From Lytechinus pictus (taxonomy: Eukaryota): DNA of 64,000 nucleotides. Of the stretch, positions 1 through 12,569 are shown in pieces (within the stretch, counting starts at the first letter, position 1; each line of letters begins with the position of its first letter). The stretch spans positions 28,210,001 to 28,274,000 of the forward strand of contig NC_087259.1 of NCBI RefSeq assembly GCF_037042905.1, written 5' to 3'. The notes below the pieces were generated by a model. That model made no database searches, was not told the origin of the DNA, and saw only the letters and a list, made by a program, of their open reading frames with translations. The position numbers and the translations under genes are program-made.

Positions 1-619
1 CGCGACATAAGGGTATAGCATCGCGACGCCACGTGACTTTTTACGAGACAATGTCATGCCGAAAATGGCTCATTTTTATGCTATGTGTACAAAGTCTATG
101 GGAGATGAAATTAAAAAATGTTAATTTTTCATTCTAATTGGTCTGCTTAATTAATTTAGGGTTTAATTTAGTTGTTAAATGGTTTGTAATAATTTCCTTT
201 GGAAAAATAACAATGAAAAGCGAAAGATGAAAAATCATAGAAATACATAAGAAATTTAAAAAAACAAAGGAATATATAAGGAAAAAAATCACTTTCGCAA
301 TTTTTCTATGTAGAAACCTTTACATTAGATTAAAAAGATGAAATCTGGAAAAAAGAGCAAATTTGAAGTGGAATTGGATGTTAATATGTAAATAATGTTT
401 TTCACGAATAAATTTGCATTTATTCATAATAAATAAAAATAATGATTTTCCGATTTTTTTTTGTACTGGCTTGTAGTTTATGTGGGAAAGAATGTGCGTG
501 CCAAATTTCGGCGCGATCGTGCGAACGCGGCCGCAGGCCGAGATCAGAATGGGGGCATCATGCCCCCCCCGGCCCCCAGTCCTCAATACATCTCAAACGG
601 CCAGTCCTTTTAGGGTTAA
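1..619. mobile_element. Right-hand part of a piggyBac-like non-autonomous DNA element (left end outside window)
   Basis: Ends in ...CCAGTCCTTTTAGGG|TTAA (AGGG terminus plus TTAA target), preceded by GGGGGCATCATGCCCCCCCC. A decayed relative of this end lies near 9697-9735. Only one end is visible. Confidence 0.5.
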
Positions 620-2789
620 ATGTATTCTCTTCCTAATAAAGTGATATTAGATTGTGAAATTAAATCTGTCTCTAGAAAAATGTCACCTTTTCGGACCAAA
701 TCAATAATTTCTTTTACCCTGTTAACACTAACGTATCAAATCCTGAATGACCGTTTTATTAAGAAATCATTTGTATAAAAAACATGTTCCCTCTTTCAGT
801 TACTCCCTTTAATTTACACTCTCTGTATATCCTAGGTAATAAATATATATATCAATGCCTAACATATATAGGGGTATTGGGCATTTTTACTACAGGTCTG
901 AATAATACTGAATTTTTACTCTACAAAGTCATGTAATTCAGACTTTCGCTGCGAATTCGATTTCATTATAATAAATATAATTTATCCCTAATAATAGACA
1001 GATACATGTTTATTAAAAATTTTAATTTATGTCTAAATTTATAGAAAAGGTTACCATTTTCCTTGTAAACAAAGCATCATGATTGACAAAACGTTCTCAT
1101 GTTTTAGCTTATCGACGAGGTATGTGCTATGCTTTTATTTCCAGTTACCTATAGGCCCTATTATACTCAGATTTACAAAAAAAAATACAATTCTTTTCTA
1201 GTTAAGAGATTATGAAAAACCAGAAAAGCGCAAAAACATTGAAGGTTCTGATTACATTTTAGATGAGATAAGTTTGCCCAGTCATATTCATTGTTTTCTA
1301 AATTGAATTTATATCAAGCGCGGATCAAGAGAAAGCTTGGGTTAGGGGAAGATCAGAGGGGTGTGCTTTTAAATGCCCGATACTTTCTTTCGCTTCTCAA
1401 CTATTTTGCTTTATACGCAAACATAATTTTATGATCTCCGTGAGTGGAGTATGGTTATTTTGCTTGCAAGTTTGTTTTTTTTAATAAAAAGTGTCCCTCA
1501 ATCGGTAAATCCAGCCCCTTCCATATAACGGGGATCATGAATAAACAATTAAGCATGCAGAACAAATTGAATGAACCTCATGAGGGAACTTTTTAGGTTC
1601 GAATGAACTCGTGAAATTAATTCACTATAACTTCCATGCAAGCTGATTGGATTTATGGCATGGAAACCCATGTGACGTCACAATTCATAACACATAGATA
1701 TGTTATCCTGCGATGAATTGTCTGTAAACTTTTTCTTCTTTTTTTCTCTCTCTACTTTTACAAGAAAAAAAAAAGCAGAGTAAAGTCTAGATTGGACGTT
1801 GACAGAGGATAGATATCTTCCCCAAAGTTAACGTAGAGGGACTGACACCATCACACAACCCAGTGCCAATCCCCTTAGCTCTCTCCCATGGAGACAGTAT
1901 AAAATGACACCATCTTTTGAGTCCGTCATTATTTTTGCCCTTCTAACTTTTTATCTAGGGAACTGGCCATTATGCAGGGGCTTTGCTGCGACATGTTGAT
2001 AGCATGGGTGTTATACAAGTACCTTTATTTCTTTAACCTCTGTCTTTATCTGGTCTGCCATGTTAACACCTCTGCCTTTTGCTTCCGTCATTTTGGCCAC
2101 GTATCCATTTTATATTTCTTCAATTTACCTAGAGCTGCCAACATGGCGAGATATAGGTTATCTTGCCAAGTCGACTTATGAAAAGTTTTATGTCAACATG
2201 TTGATATACATTTCAATGTCGCCTTGGTGAGATAGCCATCTCGATGGCACTCCCGTGGTGCTCTGATCAGTGTTAAACAATAAATTCTTAGATCCAGTTG
2301 TACCTTACACTGACAACCATCCTGTTTGGCACAGCTTGATGAACACAACTTTGGGAAAATTTCTGATGTTTGATTCTCCTCAATGACATATGTAATCATA
2401 AATCCATTCTGATTATTGAAAAATAAATAGATTTGTCAATTCTTCTATAAACACAAGATGTGATTTTATTGTCATATATAGTCAAGTACACAGAAATACA
2501 TGTCAGCAGAAAGAAATGGTAAATTCATTTTATCATAGGAAAAAATTAATTATTGTACATGTACCCCTTTAATACATATTAATGTGGTTTTATCAAACAA
2601 AATCTGTCTACTTCCGGTGAAAAATGATACAAATAAAAAGGATGTGAAACTACTAAATCAGAATAACCCAGTCATTTTGAACCAGAAAATCAGTTCTTTA
2701 AAAAAAATCAACCCAACCAAGACCGACCCAATGAGTAAACCAAAGATGTAATAATTATTTTTATTTAATATCATTAATTGTCCCTGTTT

Positions 2790-3480
2790 CACTTTTATTT
2801 GCATTTGGTGTTGCTTCCTATGCATTGTAAGAGACTAGCATTTAGAAATGGTTAATTTCTTCTTTATGTACTTATTTATCCATAAAATATAACAATATTC
2901 ACAGCAGTACATTACTACATGTATAACAGTTTCATGATTCACCCCCACATTGTAAAATTATGTTTTTTTTAATCACTTATCGATCATACCACATAACACT
3001 ATTGCAACAGAAAACATTACCTTTCTGATCACAACTCAAAATGTATCATTGTACACTAAGATTAAGAATAACTTTTAAAAAATCTACATACTGTACTTTT
3101 CCCTAGGTGAATCAATTATTTCGTATATAAATTCATTCAATTTTGTTCACTGTACTGCTCTATTTTTCATTATATTTGATGCTGCAGTGTTGCTTCCTTT
3201 GCATGGTAAAAGACATGCATGTATAATTTTTATCTTACAAAAATACATTTTGTACTTTACTAGTACTACATGTACATGTTCAACACAGTTTTATAATTCA
3301 TCCCCACAATGTAACATTCTGTTTATTGTGTTACTGTAAATTATTGATCATACCACAATACATAATTGCAACAGAAAAGTTGAGAAAACATTGCCTTTCC
3401 GATCATAACCCAGGATGTATTCATTGTACATTAAGAATAATTTTAACAAAAATTTTTCCGAAATACATGTACTTTTCCAA
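2790..3480. repeat. Degenerate tandem duplication, two units of about 380 bp
   Basis: Blocks GTGTTGCTTCCT, CCCCACA, GATCATACCACA, ATTGCAACAGAAAA, CATTGTACA and TTAAGAATAA occur in the same order at about 2808-3100 and 3187-3477. Confidence 0.65.
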
Positions 3481-4860
3481 TAAAAATTCAAAGACTTTCA
3501 TAAGAAACTCATAGTACATCCTAATGACCAAAGTCAACAGCCTACATTACTGCATTTTTGTTTATTGTTGCAGATTTCAAATCAGGAAAATGCAATTAAC
3601 ATTTCAAATCATAACTTAAATGATGAATGTTCTTTGTATTATTAGGCAACTTTTACATGTATAGTGAAATATAAAATCCGTACTCAATCAAGGATAATTA
3701 CTTGAACCAGTTGTTCATTTCATAAATTTCACAACACTGGCAGTTTCCCCTTCATAATTAATGCAAGAAAACAAGTTGAAAGTTTTCAAATCATAATCAA
3801 ATAGATGACTGCTGCATTACATAATACATGTAAATCTTGGTACTGTAGCTTAAATACATCCAGTCACTTGTCAAATTTCCATACAATAAGTTTGGTATTC
3901 AAAAGATTTCATTAAGATTCTCATGAAATTATTATACTTCTTTCGTAGAACAAGATACTTGTATCGTTCAAACATAAAAAAGACCTTGACACTTTCTATA
4001 AAAAATTATGCAATGCTAATTTATCTAAAATCTTATGAAATAAGCATTAATTCCAATCTCCAGTGACAAAAAATTTCAAACAGAACAGGATAAATAAATA
4101 GCCATAGCTGAAATGTACATAAATACAGTTCAATTAATGACTGGACAAGCTTGAACCCTATTCCACTTGACTTAAATACAAAAGAGCTTCCAGTTCCAAG
4201 AGGAACTGCGGGTCCAGATCCAGATGTCAGACAACACTTGTGAACATGATGTAGGCCTCTTAGAGGGAGACCTACCAGGTGCTAGGTACTACCGGTACAT
4301 GTAGTCTACATAGTACATACTGTACACAAGGCATGAAGAATGAATCTGTGATCATCTCAACTCAGCGCAAAAGTCCTTTCCTTTGGCAAGACAGTTTTTA
4401 ACCATCACGTCCATTGGGCATTGGTCATGCTTTCTTTGCAGATCTTCCACGTTGAATGCAATGCAAACATCTCTAGATCAGTATGGATGATGACTCGAAG
4501 TGTCGATAGAGAGCATTATGTGCAACATGGTGCAGCTGCTACTTTGCTAGACTTTTGAATTCTGAATCTGACACATTCAACGAGTATCATAGAATTTATC
4601 TGTTAGAATAAATTGTCATGTTTAGGGATACAGTCCAGCTGAAAAGAAGTCGAAGAGAAAACCAGCCCCAGGCCCATTTCACTTCTTTTTAATCAAAAAA
4701 TAAAAAAAGTCTTCAAAGTACTGTAATCTGTAGTGTAGAGTGTACTCAATTTAGCAGTTTGATTTGAATATTCACATATCTTCTGAAGACAAACTGAAGT
4801 TACACTTAGTAGTAAATGCAACTTTGTTTGATATCTATCAATAACTGATCCGATGTATTC

Positions 4861-5265
4861 TCATGAAACTTGACATGCCCGAATCAAAAGTACATGAATC
4901 ATGACAAATAGTGGCGACATGACCAAACTCGATGACACTGTTATTTCATTCTCCAGCCTTTTGCAGAGCAATAATTCAAACACAAATATCAGTGCTAAAA
5001 CGAGGCCACTCCAAAGTATTCGCATGATGCCTACATGATAGAGATCTTCAACATAGAATCTGATGAAGACGATAATTGAGAAGTATGCATTCAGTCCAGT
5101 CGCCATAAAAAGCGGCAGGAACACGACCCACCAGGAAGCGTTGATAATCCCCTCCACCTCCAGCGCGAGAACAACAGAGAAGACAAGCAAACTCACAGCG
5201 TTGATCCACATCTCAAAAACTGTCATCCCCAGCCAACGCCTCGCTTCTTTTATTGTAAATAACAT
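4861..5265 (-). CDS. TMEM203: Transmembrane protein 203 (single coding exon)
   Basis: MLFTIKEARRWLGMTVFE...SWWVVFLPLF..GLNAYFSIIVFIR...FVFELLLCKRL...SPLFVMIHVLLIRACQVS matches the recalled TMEM203 pattern (MLFSLRELVQWLG...SWWNVFVPFF...FVFEMLLCQKL...SPLFILLQLLMIRACRVN). The conserved start is the ATG at 5265; an in-frame upstream ATG at 5310 would add 15 aa. Confidence 0.93.
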   Translation of the reverse strand: MLFTIKEARRWLGMTVFEMWINAVSLLVFSVVLALEVEGIINASWWVVFLPLFMATGLNAYFSIIVFIRFYVEDLYHVGIMRILWSGLVLALIFVFELLLCKRLENEITVSSSLVMSPLFVMIHVLLIRACQVS

Positions 5266-7569
5266 GGCTGCAGAGTCAGCAAGTACTTGGACGTTTCCAG
5301 AATTTCTCATTTACAATTTTTGTGGCAGAGTTTGAGAGGAAATTGGCGGTTTTCTGTCTTTTCTCGAGATTCGGAGCAGAGTATGAAAGATGAGTATGGA
5401 ATGCTAGGTGTGTGCATGCAACACAGGGTACTACGGTGTGCGCATTAGGGTTTTATTTTTGTTTTTCATTGCTCACTCTCGCAGTCATGGCCGTATATGC
5501 AGAAATTGTTTGCCGGGGGGGGCAAGACGCCTAAACTTTTTAGTAAAATAAGCTATGGAGTGAAGCGACCGAGCTTGTCATGGGGACGCTTTTGCATTTT
5601 GTAATGTGAAATTAAAGGATTCTGTGCATACTTTGGTGAATTGTGAAGATATTAAGTAAAAAGTGTAAGTTTTCAAAATATCTGGGGGGATGCCCCCTGC
5701 CCCTCCCCACCGCTGCGTACAGCCATGCATGCAGTATTTGTGGATAACGGTGATGCGTTCAAGTTTTATGAAAATAATTTTGCTTATTAGACTCGATGTC
5801 CATGAATAAAAATAACAGTGTAATTCCCCCATAGATATATGTACTAGTTTCTCTGCCCCCCCCCAAAAAAAGGAATCACAACATGGCTTGTGTAAATCAA
5901 AACAATTGAGCAAGTGCGAGGAAAGATTTTGACAATTTCAAAATGAAAAATCAAAATTTGAAATATTTTGACAAAAGTTTTTCAGAAAATAACATTAGAA
6001 CTTATAGCTTTCCTTTTTCTCTTTCCTTTTCTTTCGTTTTCCCTTCGATCTTTTCATTATTTTTTTAATGTTGAACTTACATTTTTTTAAACATTTGCTA
6101 CGTTGCATTTCATTTCTCGTTTTTTCTTTTCATCTTCTTTTTATTCAATAATCAGTACATTTCAGATTTTCTTTGTTATTCTTTCTCTCATTTCACATCT
6201 TGTCTCATCATCTCATTCTCTTTGTTTTATTTCCTTCCCCATTCCTTTTTTCATCTCCCCTTTATCCTTCATTTATTCTCTAACTTTTCTTTTCTTCCAT
6301 TATTCCTTTCTTTCCTCACGCCCGTCACTGTTCCTCTTTTATTAAATCATGATTGATAAGTCCTGCTTCAACCCTCACTCGCTCACTCAGAAAGTTGATG
6401 TAGGAATATTCTGACTTATTCATTCATGCATATATTCTTTTATTTATATTATGACATTGAAAACTGAGGTGTATGAGAGAAAGATTGATCTATGTTGTCT
6501 TTAGATTGGGATTTGTGTATGGCCATAAGTATGGATAAATAATTTCATGAAACTCAAAATATAGGCCAACCAATCAGGATACTGGAAATGACCGTCAATG
6601 ATGAGGGTGAGGAGCTGACAATCCGAAAAAATGCACCAAAATGATCCTTTATCTTATATTTCTTGACGTCTGCAAACCAATGCACATATGATTAAATACA
6701 ATAAAAAAATGTTTCAATCATTTCCGAAATCTAGGCTCATGCAGGTCAACAGCACTAGCCACAAGGTCATGTTAAATACTCCACTCCTTTTTTTTTTTGG
6801 GGGGGGGGGGGGTGATATTTACAGGCGGTCTTATCTTGCATTATTTTTTTTTTCAACTTCATCGTATCGATCATATCGCATCGATGCTTGCATGATAGGT
6901 GACGTCATGACGTTATTTAAAGATTTAAGTTTATTAGACTATTCTGAAGTCAGGTTTAACTTAGACCACGGTCTAACTCTGTGCTAAAATTATGGGGGAA
7001 CCAAAATACAAAAATTATATTTATATTGTATATTTCTTATAAATGCTTCAAAATGCTTAAGTTATCATGCCCAGTCAATTTGGGTGTCATATGAGTAAGT
7101 AAATTGGATGTCTTAAATTAGGGATTTGTGCCCCAATTGGCTTTCCATAATTAAACCACAACTTTAAACCAGGAACAGACTGCTGGCTAGCGACCGACGG
7201 GTTTCCATTCTCAGCCGTTCTCTGATTGGTCAGTTAAGACTGTGTGTTCCGTATGTGTATGTGTGATGCGAAGAGTGCTGTACATGTGTTCACTGGACGT
7301 GTGGGCATAGAGTAGATACCCAGTCGTTTTCTTGATTTTAACCTTTCAATTAATAACAACGATCAGGGATATTTTGTTGCTGTGTGTGCATGTGAAGGAT
7401 AGAAGTTTATTACAGCTCTTAATTAACTGACTCTCTTTCCAAGCTTAAAATCATAATGATAATTGCTAAATACCAATCATTTGATTTGTTTGTTTGAGAT
7501 AATTCTCCCATTACATATCAATTAAAGAGTCTTCACTATATAGTGTTTCATTACATTAGAATGTCCACT

Positions 7570-8343
7570 GTAATGAAAATGGAAACATGCCGGTCAATTG
7601 ACCATATATTTCAGTGTATAATGAAAGTGGAAACATGCCAGACAATTGACTATATGTTTCAGTGTATAATGAAACTGGAAACATGCCGGTCAATTAACCG
7701 GTACAATATGAAAATGGAAACATGCCGGTCAGTTTACCATATGTTTCACTATATAATGAAAATGGAAACATGCTGGTCAATTGACTATATATAATAAAAC
7801 TGGAAACATGCCGGTCAATTGACCATATATGTTTCAGTGTATAATGAAAATGGAAACATGCCGGTCAATTGACCATATGTTACAGTGTATAATGAAAATG
7901 GAAACATGCCGGTCAATTGACCATATATTTCAGTGTATAATGAAAATGGAAACATGCCGGTCAATTGACCATATGTTTCACTGTATAATGAAAGTGGAAA
8001 CATGCCGGTCAATTGACCATATATTTCAGTGTATAATTAAAATGGAAACATGCCGGTCAATTGACCATATGTTTCACTCTATAATGAAAGTGGAAACATG
8101 CCAGTCAATTGACCATATATTTCAGTGTATAATGAAAATGGAAACATACCGGTCAATTGACCATGTGTTTCAGTGTATAATGAAAATGGAAACATGCCGG
8201 TCAATATTGACCATATATTTCAGTGTATAATGAAAGTGGAAACATGCCGGACAATTGACTATATATGTTTCAGTGTATAATGAAAGTGGAAACATGCCGG
8301 TCAAGTGACCACTATATTTCAAAATGGAAACATGCCGGTCAAC
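7570..8343 (+). repeat. Minisatellite array, about 17 copies, mostly 48-bp unit
   Basis: Unit ATAATGAAAATGGAAACATGCCGGTCAATTGACCATAT(G/A)TTTCAGTGT. GGAAACAT recurs at exact 48-bp spacing from 7852 to 8188, with shorter variants at the edges. Confidence 0.95.
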
Positions 8344-8899
8344 AAGTTTCATTGCAAAATGTCAGTGATTTGAGTGGACGTTTGGGTTGCCTGTAAAGCA
8401 TAAGATTAATATAGTTGGATTTTTTTTTATATTGACTGTACTTGTTGATTATGGCAGGATATGTCTGACAAGTTTACTATTCAAGGGACTTAATTACTAT
8501 CCATATGTCATTGATATTAACCAAAAGGAACTTCCACACGCTGTAATCCCCTTTTTAATTCTCATGAGACTCTGACTATGAGTTAAAATCAATACTGAGT
8601 ACAAGGGATAAACACACCATTATTGTGTTAGGGTATTATCGGGGGGGGGGGGGGTATTGGAGAAAGCATACTTTATCAGGGACTTCTAGTATTTATTAGA
8701 AGAGTAATTTGCCTTCTTAAATGGATATCATAGAATGTATACCATGTAAACACCAGGCTGTTCCCTAGCTATATTTAAAGAAAGGTTTAATTCGGAATGT
8801 TTATGCCTATTATTTTTTTCATTTACTTATAGTTTTGTGTATAGGAGGAGTCTCAACAGGGAAGTATATTGCAGACTGGAACCTCCACTTTACTTTGAT

Positions 8900-9486
8900 A
8901 TTGTTATAAAGTAATTATAATAAAATTCACCGAGCAAAACGTTGAAAATTTCATCAAAATCGGATAACAAATAAGGATCGAATTTATTGAATTTTAAAAT
9001 TTTACAGTTTATCAATATTTTGTGAAAACAGTTGCGCACATCGTCATGAATATTCATAGAGTGGGCTAATGATGTCAAATCCCCACTTTCCCTAGTGTAT
9101 TACATGAAGTCATAAATGTTTCATTTTTTCATACATGTGTAAATGATGTGTCTCCATAATATGAAATAAGTTGCGGCAATTATAATAACTAATTAATGCA
9201 CGTAATCAGTCAATCCCATTGTAATTTGGTAGAAATTTTTTGACTTAACCTAATTTTATATAATAAAGAACAAGTGGGGATGTGACATCATCGGCCCACC
9301 TAATGAATATTCATAAAAAGTCATGCCTAGAACTGTTTCACTGGACTATAATGCACATATTTAGAATTAAATAACTTTGTTATATATTATCCGAAATTTG
9401 ATCAAATTTTCAGCATTGTGCTCTATGAATTTTACTCTATTCATTGAGATATAAATATTCCCAGCTTGGATCGACCATCCCTTTAA
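8900..9486. mobile_element. Kolobok-like MITE remnant in the centre of the foldback element
   Basis: Right end ...GACCATCCCT|TTAA. Subterminal inverted similarity between TAAAATTCACCGAGCAAAACGTTGAAAATTTCATCAAAATCGGATAA and TTATCCGAAATTTGATCAAATTTTCAGCATTGTGCTCTATGAATTTTA. Related to 21782-23379; left terminus eroded. Confidence 0.6.
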
Positions 9487-10384
9487 ATGGGACATATACA
9501 TGGATTACTAATTGCAATGCAATATACTTCCAAAGTAAGCGAAGTGATTTTTCTATCGAAGCTGTTCTGATTTTACAATATACATCGTTGAAAATATGAA
9601 AAAAAAAATGTGTTTGTCATTTTATTGAAAGATATCCAGTAATTTGTTAAGGCAATCAAATGGGTATTAATTACTGAAAATAAATTTACACTTTCTTAAT
9701 CCCAAACTGGGCTGGGGCATGATGCCCCCCCCCTTAAAACTCCCCAATTCATCATAAAAACATCCTGAAATTTGTATGGATTTATTTCTCTGAGAATACT
9801 GTAAATGATGATTTTTAGTATACTTTTCTTTTTTGAGATATAGCTTATGCATGTTTTTGAAATTTTATTCAAGATGATATATACATGCTACAGGGCCTTA
9901 TTTTTGGAGTTTTTAATGAATGCTTATATAGAGAGCCAATTGTTTAGTTCGAATTATTTACCTATGATGCTATCTGCACTTCAAACATATTTTGTTTATG
10001 TTCAGCTCCTCCTTTGTATCATTATATCTATGTGTATACTATTTCTGACGTTTTATTTTTATGTTGCATGGTGAATAAATAAAACAAACAAAATTTATTG
10101 AAAAAATGGAAAGAATGAAGTTCATTTGTCTGTTAAATTGCTATTTTCAATTTGCACATATCTTCATAATGTGAAATCTTAATGAATAATTAATACATGC
10201 ATCATGACCTAGCTGATGAAAAACGTAATTCTTGTCACTTTCTGTTATTTAAAGAATATAAAATTGTGAAACGGATATAAATAAATCAAATCAAAGTAAA
10301 AAGTAAAAAAAAAATCCCCATGCGTCTGATCTTCATGTAGATAGACAATGAGAGAAAGAACAAAAAAGAGAGAGAAAATGAACA

Positions 10385-11205
10385 GAATTGACAGGCATGT
10401 TTCCATTTTCATATTATACTGGTCAATTGACCGGCATGTTTCCATTTTCATCATACACTGAAACATTTGGTAAACTGACCGGCATGTTTCCATTTTCATA
10501 TTATACTGGTCAATTGACTGGCACGTTTCCAGTTACACTGTCCATTGACTGGCATGTTTCCATTTTCATTATACACTGAAACACATAGCCGATTGACCGG
10601 CATGTTTCCAGTTTCATTATACACTGAAACATATAGTCAATTGACCGGCATGTTTCCATTTCATTATACACTGGTCAATTGACCGGCATGTTTCCAGTTT
10701 CATTATACATTGAAACATATAGTCAATTGACCGGCATGTTTCTATTTTCATATTATACTGGTAAATTGACCGGCATGCTTCAATTTCCATTATACACTGA
10801 AACATATGGTAAACTGACCGGCATGTTTCCATTTCATTATCTGGTCAATTGACCGGCATGCTTCCAGTCTCATTATACACTGAAACATATAGTCAATTGA
10901 CCGGCATGTTTCCAGTTTCATTATACACTGAAACATATAGTCAATTGACCGGCATGTTTCCATTTCATTATACACTGGTCAATTGACCGGCATGTTTCCA
11001 TTTCATTATACACTGGTAAACTGACCGGCATGTTTCCATTCATACCGGTCAATTGACCGACATGTTTCCATTTTCATTATACAGTGAAATATATGGTAAA
11101 CTGACCGGCATGTTTCCATTTTCATATTATACTGGTCAAATGACCGGCATGTTTCCATTTTCATTATACACTGAAACATATAGTAAATTGAACAGAAGGT
11201 TTCCA
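10385..11205 (-). repeat. Minisatellite array, about 20 copies, reverse complement of the 7570-8343 array; mosaic of 48-bp and 38/39-bp units
   Basis: Repeated GGTCAATTGACCGGCATGTTTCCATTTTCATTATACACTG. Confidence 0.95.
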
Positions 11206-12569
11206 TGTACAGTGGACATTGTTTTGTATAATACTCTCATTAATTGATGTAATAGGAGAATTAATAGACTGAGGAAAAAATAAAAGACCCTTTCCAAAAA
11301 CTTGGAATGTAGCAATTATCATTTAAATATTAAGCTTGGAAAGAGAGTCAGTTAATTAAGAGCTGTAATAAACTTCTATCCTTCACATGCACACACAGCA
11401 ACAAAATATCCCTGATCGTTGTTATTAATTGAAAGGTTAAAATCAATAAAACGACTGGGTATCTACTCTATGCCCACACGTCCAGTGAACACATGTACAG
11501 CACTCTTCGCATCACACATACACATACGGAACACACAGTCTTAACTGACCAATCAGAGAACGGCTGAGAATGGAAACCCGTCGGTCGCTAGCCAGCAGTA
11601 GGAAAATAAACCCGGCCGAGTTCAGAAAATACGAGCCTTGCCCTTGAGTTTGAGGCGCGCTGCAAAGATCTTTGATGCAGTCTTCCAATAATCTAAAACG
11701 TTAGATCACAATTCAGATGTCACGTAAATCCATACTGTATGTAGGCAATCATATCGAAATACATACCGGTACCGGTACGTATGTTCTTGAAAACTGCTGG
11801 GCGCGGCGCGGTAGCGTTGCGCCGTTGATGATTGGGGACGGCATGGCCATGGCCAATATATTATAAGGTCTTTGGCCATGGCATGGACCTACCTTGCCCT
11901 TGGAATGCAACACCGGCAGAGCTCCGATCCCACCATCCAGGCCAGGAGCTCTTGTGCCACAGCTGTGCCACGATCCGTTGACGTGACCGCACCTCGATCC
12001 ATCGGGCAGCTGGAGCTGTATCACTTCGGCTTCATCAACTATCAAGACAGCTAGCCCAGCGTGCTTGGCATTCATTGCTTCTGCTAATCTCCTGTAATGT
12101 TGCACGCATGCACCTATGCCCAGGGTTGGCCGCGCTTAATTCGTTAGGGCCTTTGGCTTTAGGCCCATTATCTATAGTATGGTTAGATCTAGATCTAACG
12201 TTAGGCCTAAATTAAAACTTAAGTTGGACCGATTTAATTTACCCCCTCGATTTAACGATATCTACCTTGTCTAACGTACGTTAGGCTTAAACTAGCTCTG
12301 ACTTTAATAGTCGTTTAGCCTTTTCAGGCCTAGATCTAGATTCTAGATCTAACATCTAACGTTAGACCTATTCTTAAAAAAGTTATCTAATCTTTTTAGG
12401 GCTTAAGTCAGACTGAGGCTAAGAATCTTAGGACAAGAGTAAGATTAAGATCCAACTTGTTATATATTATATCTGAGCTAATAAAGTTAATTCTAATTGA
12501 ATGTTGCTGTTCTTGTTTGACTTTGAATTTTCATAATTGATTAGGTCTGTGCACTGTGTGATATCAAAG

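Larger units (their letters stand above)
7179..11599. mobile_element. 4.4-kb foldback-like non-autonomous element with about 270-bp near-perfect TIRs and internal inverted minisatellite arrays
   Basis: 7179-7448 (ACTGCTGGCTAGCGACCGACGG...TTCCAAGCTTAA) is the reverse complement of 11330-11599 with one mismatch noticed. Weaker similarity continues inward, followed by mirror-image arrays. Flanks AGGAACAG / AGGAAAAT may be an imperfect target duplication. No transposase ORF. Confidence 0.85.
6940..11637. mobile_element. PIF/Harbinger-like MITE split by the foldback element (pieces about 6940-7178 and 11600-11637)
   Basis: TATTCTGAAGTCAGGTTTAACTTAGACCAC...AACCACAACTTTAAACCAGG before the insertion and TAAACCC...TTCAGAAAATACGAGCC after it. 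The uninterrupted short relative at 50771-50853 shows these parts contiguous. Confidence 0.6.

Noticed and set aside
2193-2410. Possible coding exon on the minus strand (Cys-rich 68-aa ORF after an acceptor-like site)
   Set aside because: No recognisable homology and no partner exons found. It could be a non-coding exon, but this cannot be supported from sequence alone.
7570-8343. CRISPR-like array (palindromic repeat at regular spacing)
   Set aside because: Intervening sequences are near-identical rather than unique spacers, there are no cas genes, and the context is eukaryotic.
7543-11247. ORFs with repeating MKMETCRSIDHMFQCI peptides
   Set aside because: They are by-products of a 48-bp (16-codon) minisatellite, occur on both strands, are broken by unit indels and have no splice or protein-family support.
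11749-12105. 118-aa GC-rich ORF and its overlapping antisense ORF
   Set aside because: No recognisable domain. It lies in a GC-rich 5' region upstream of the BRME1-like gene where chance ORFs are expected.
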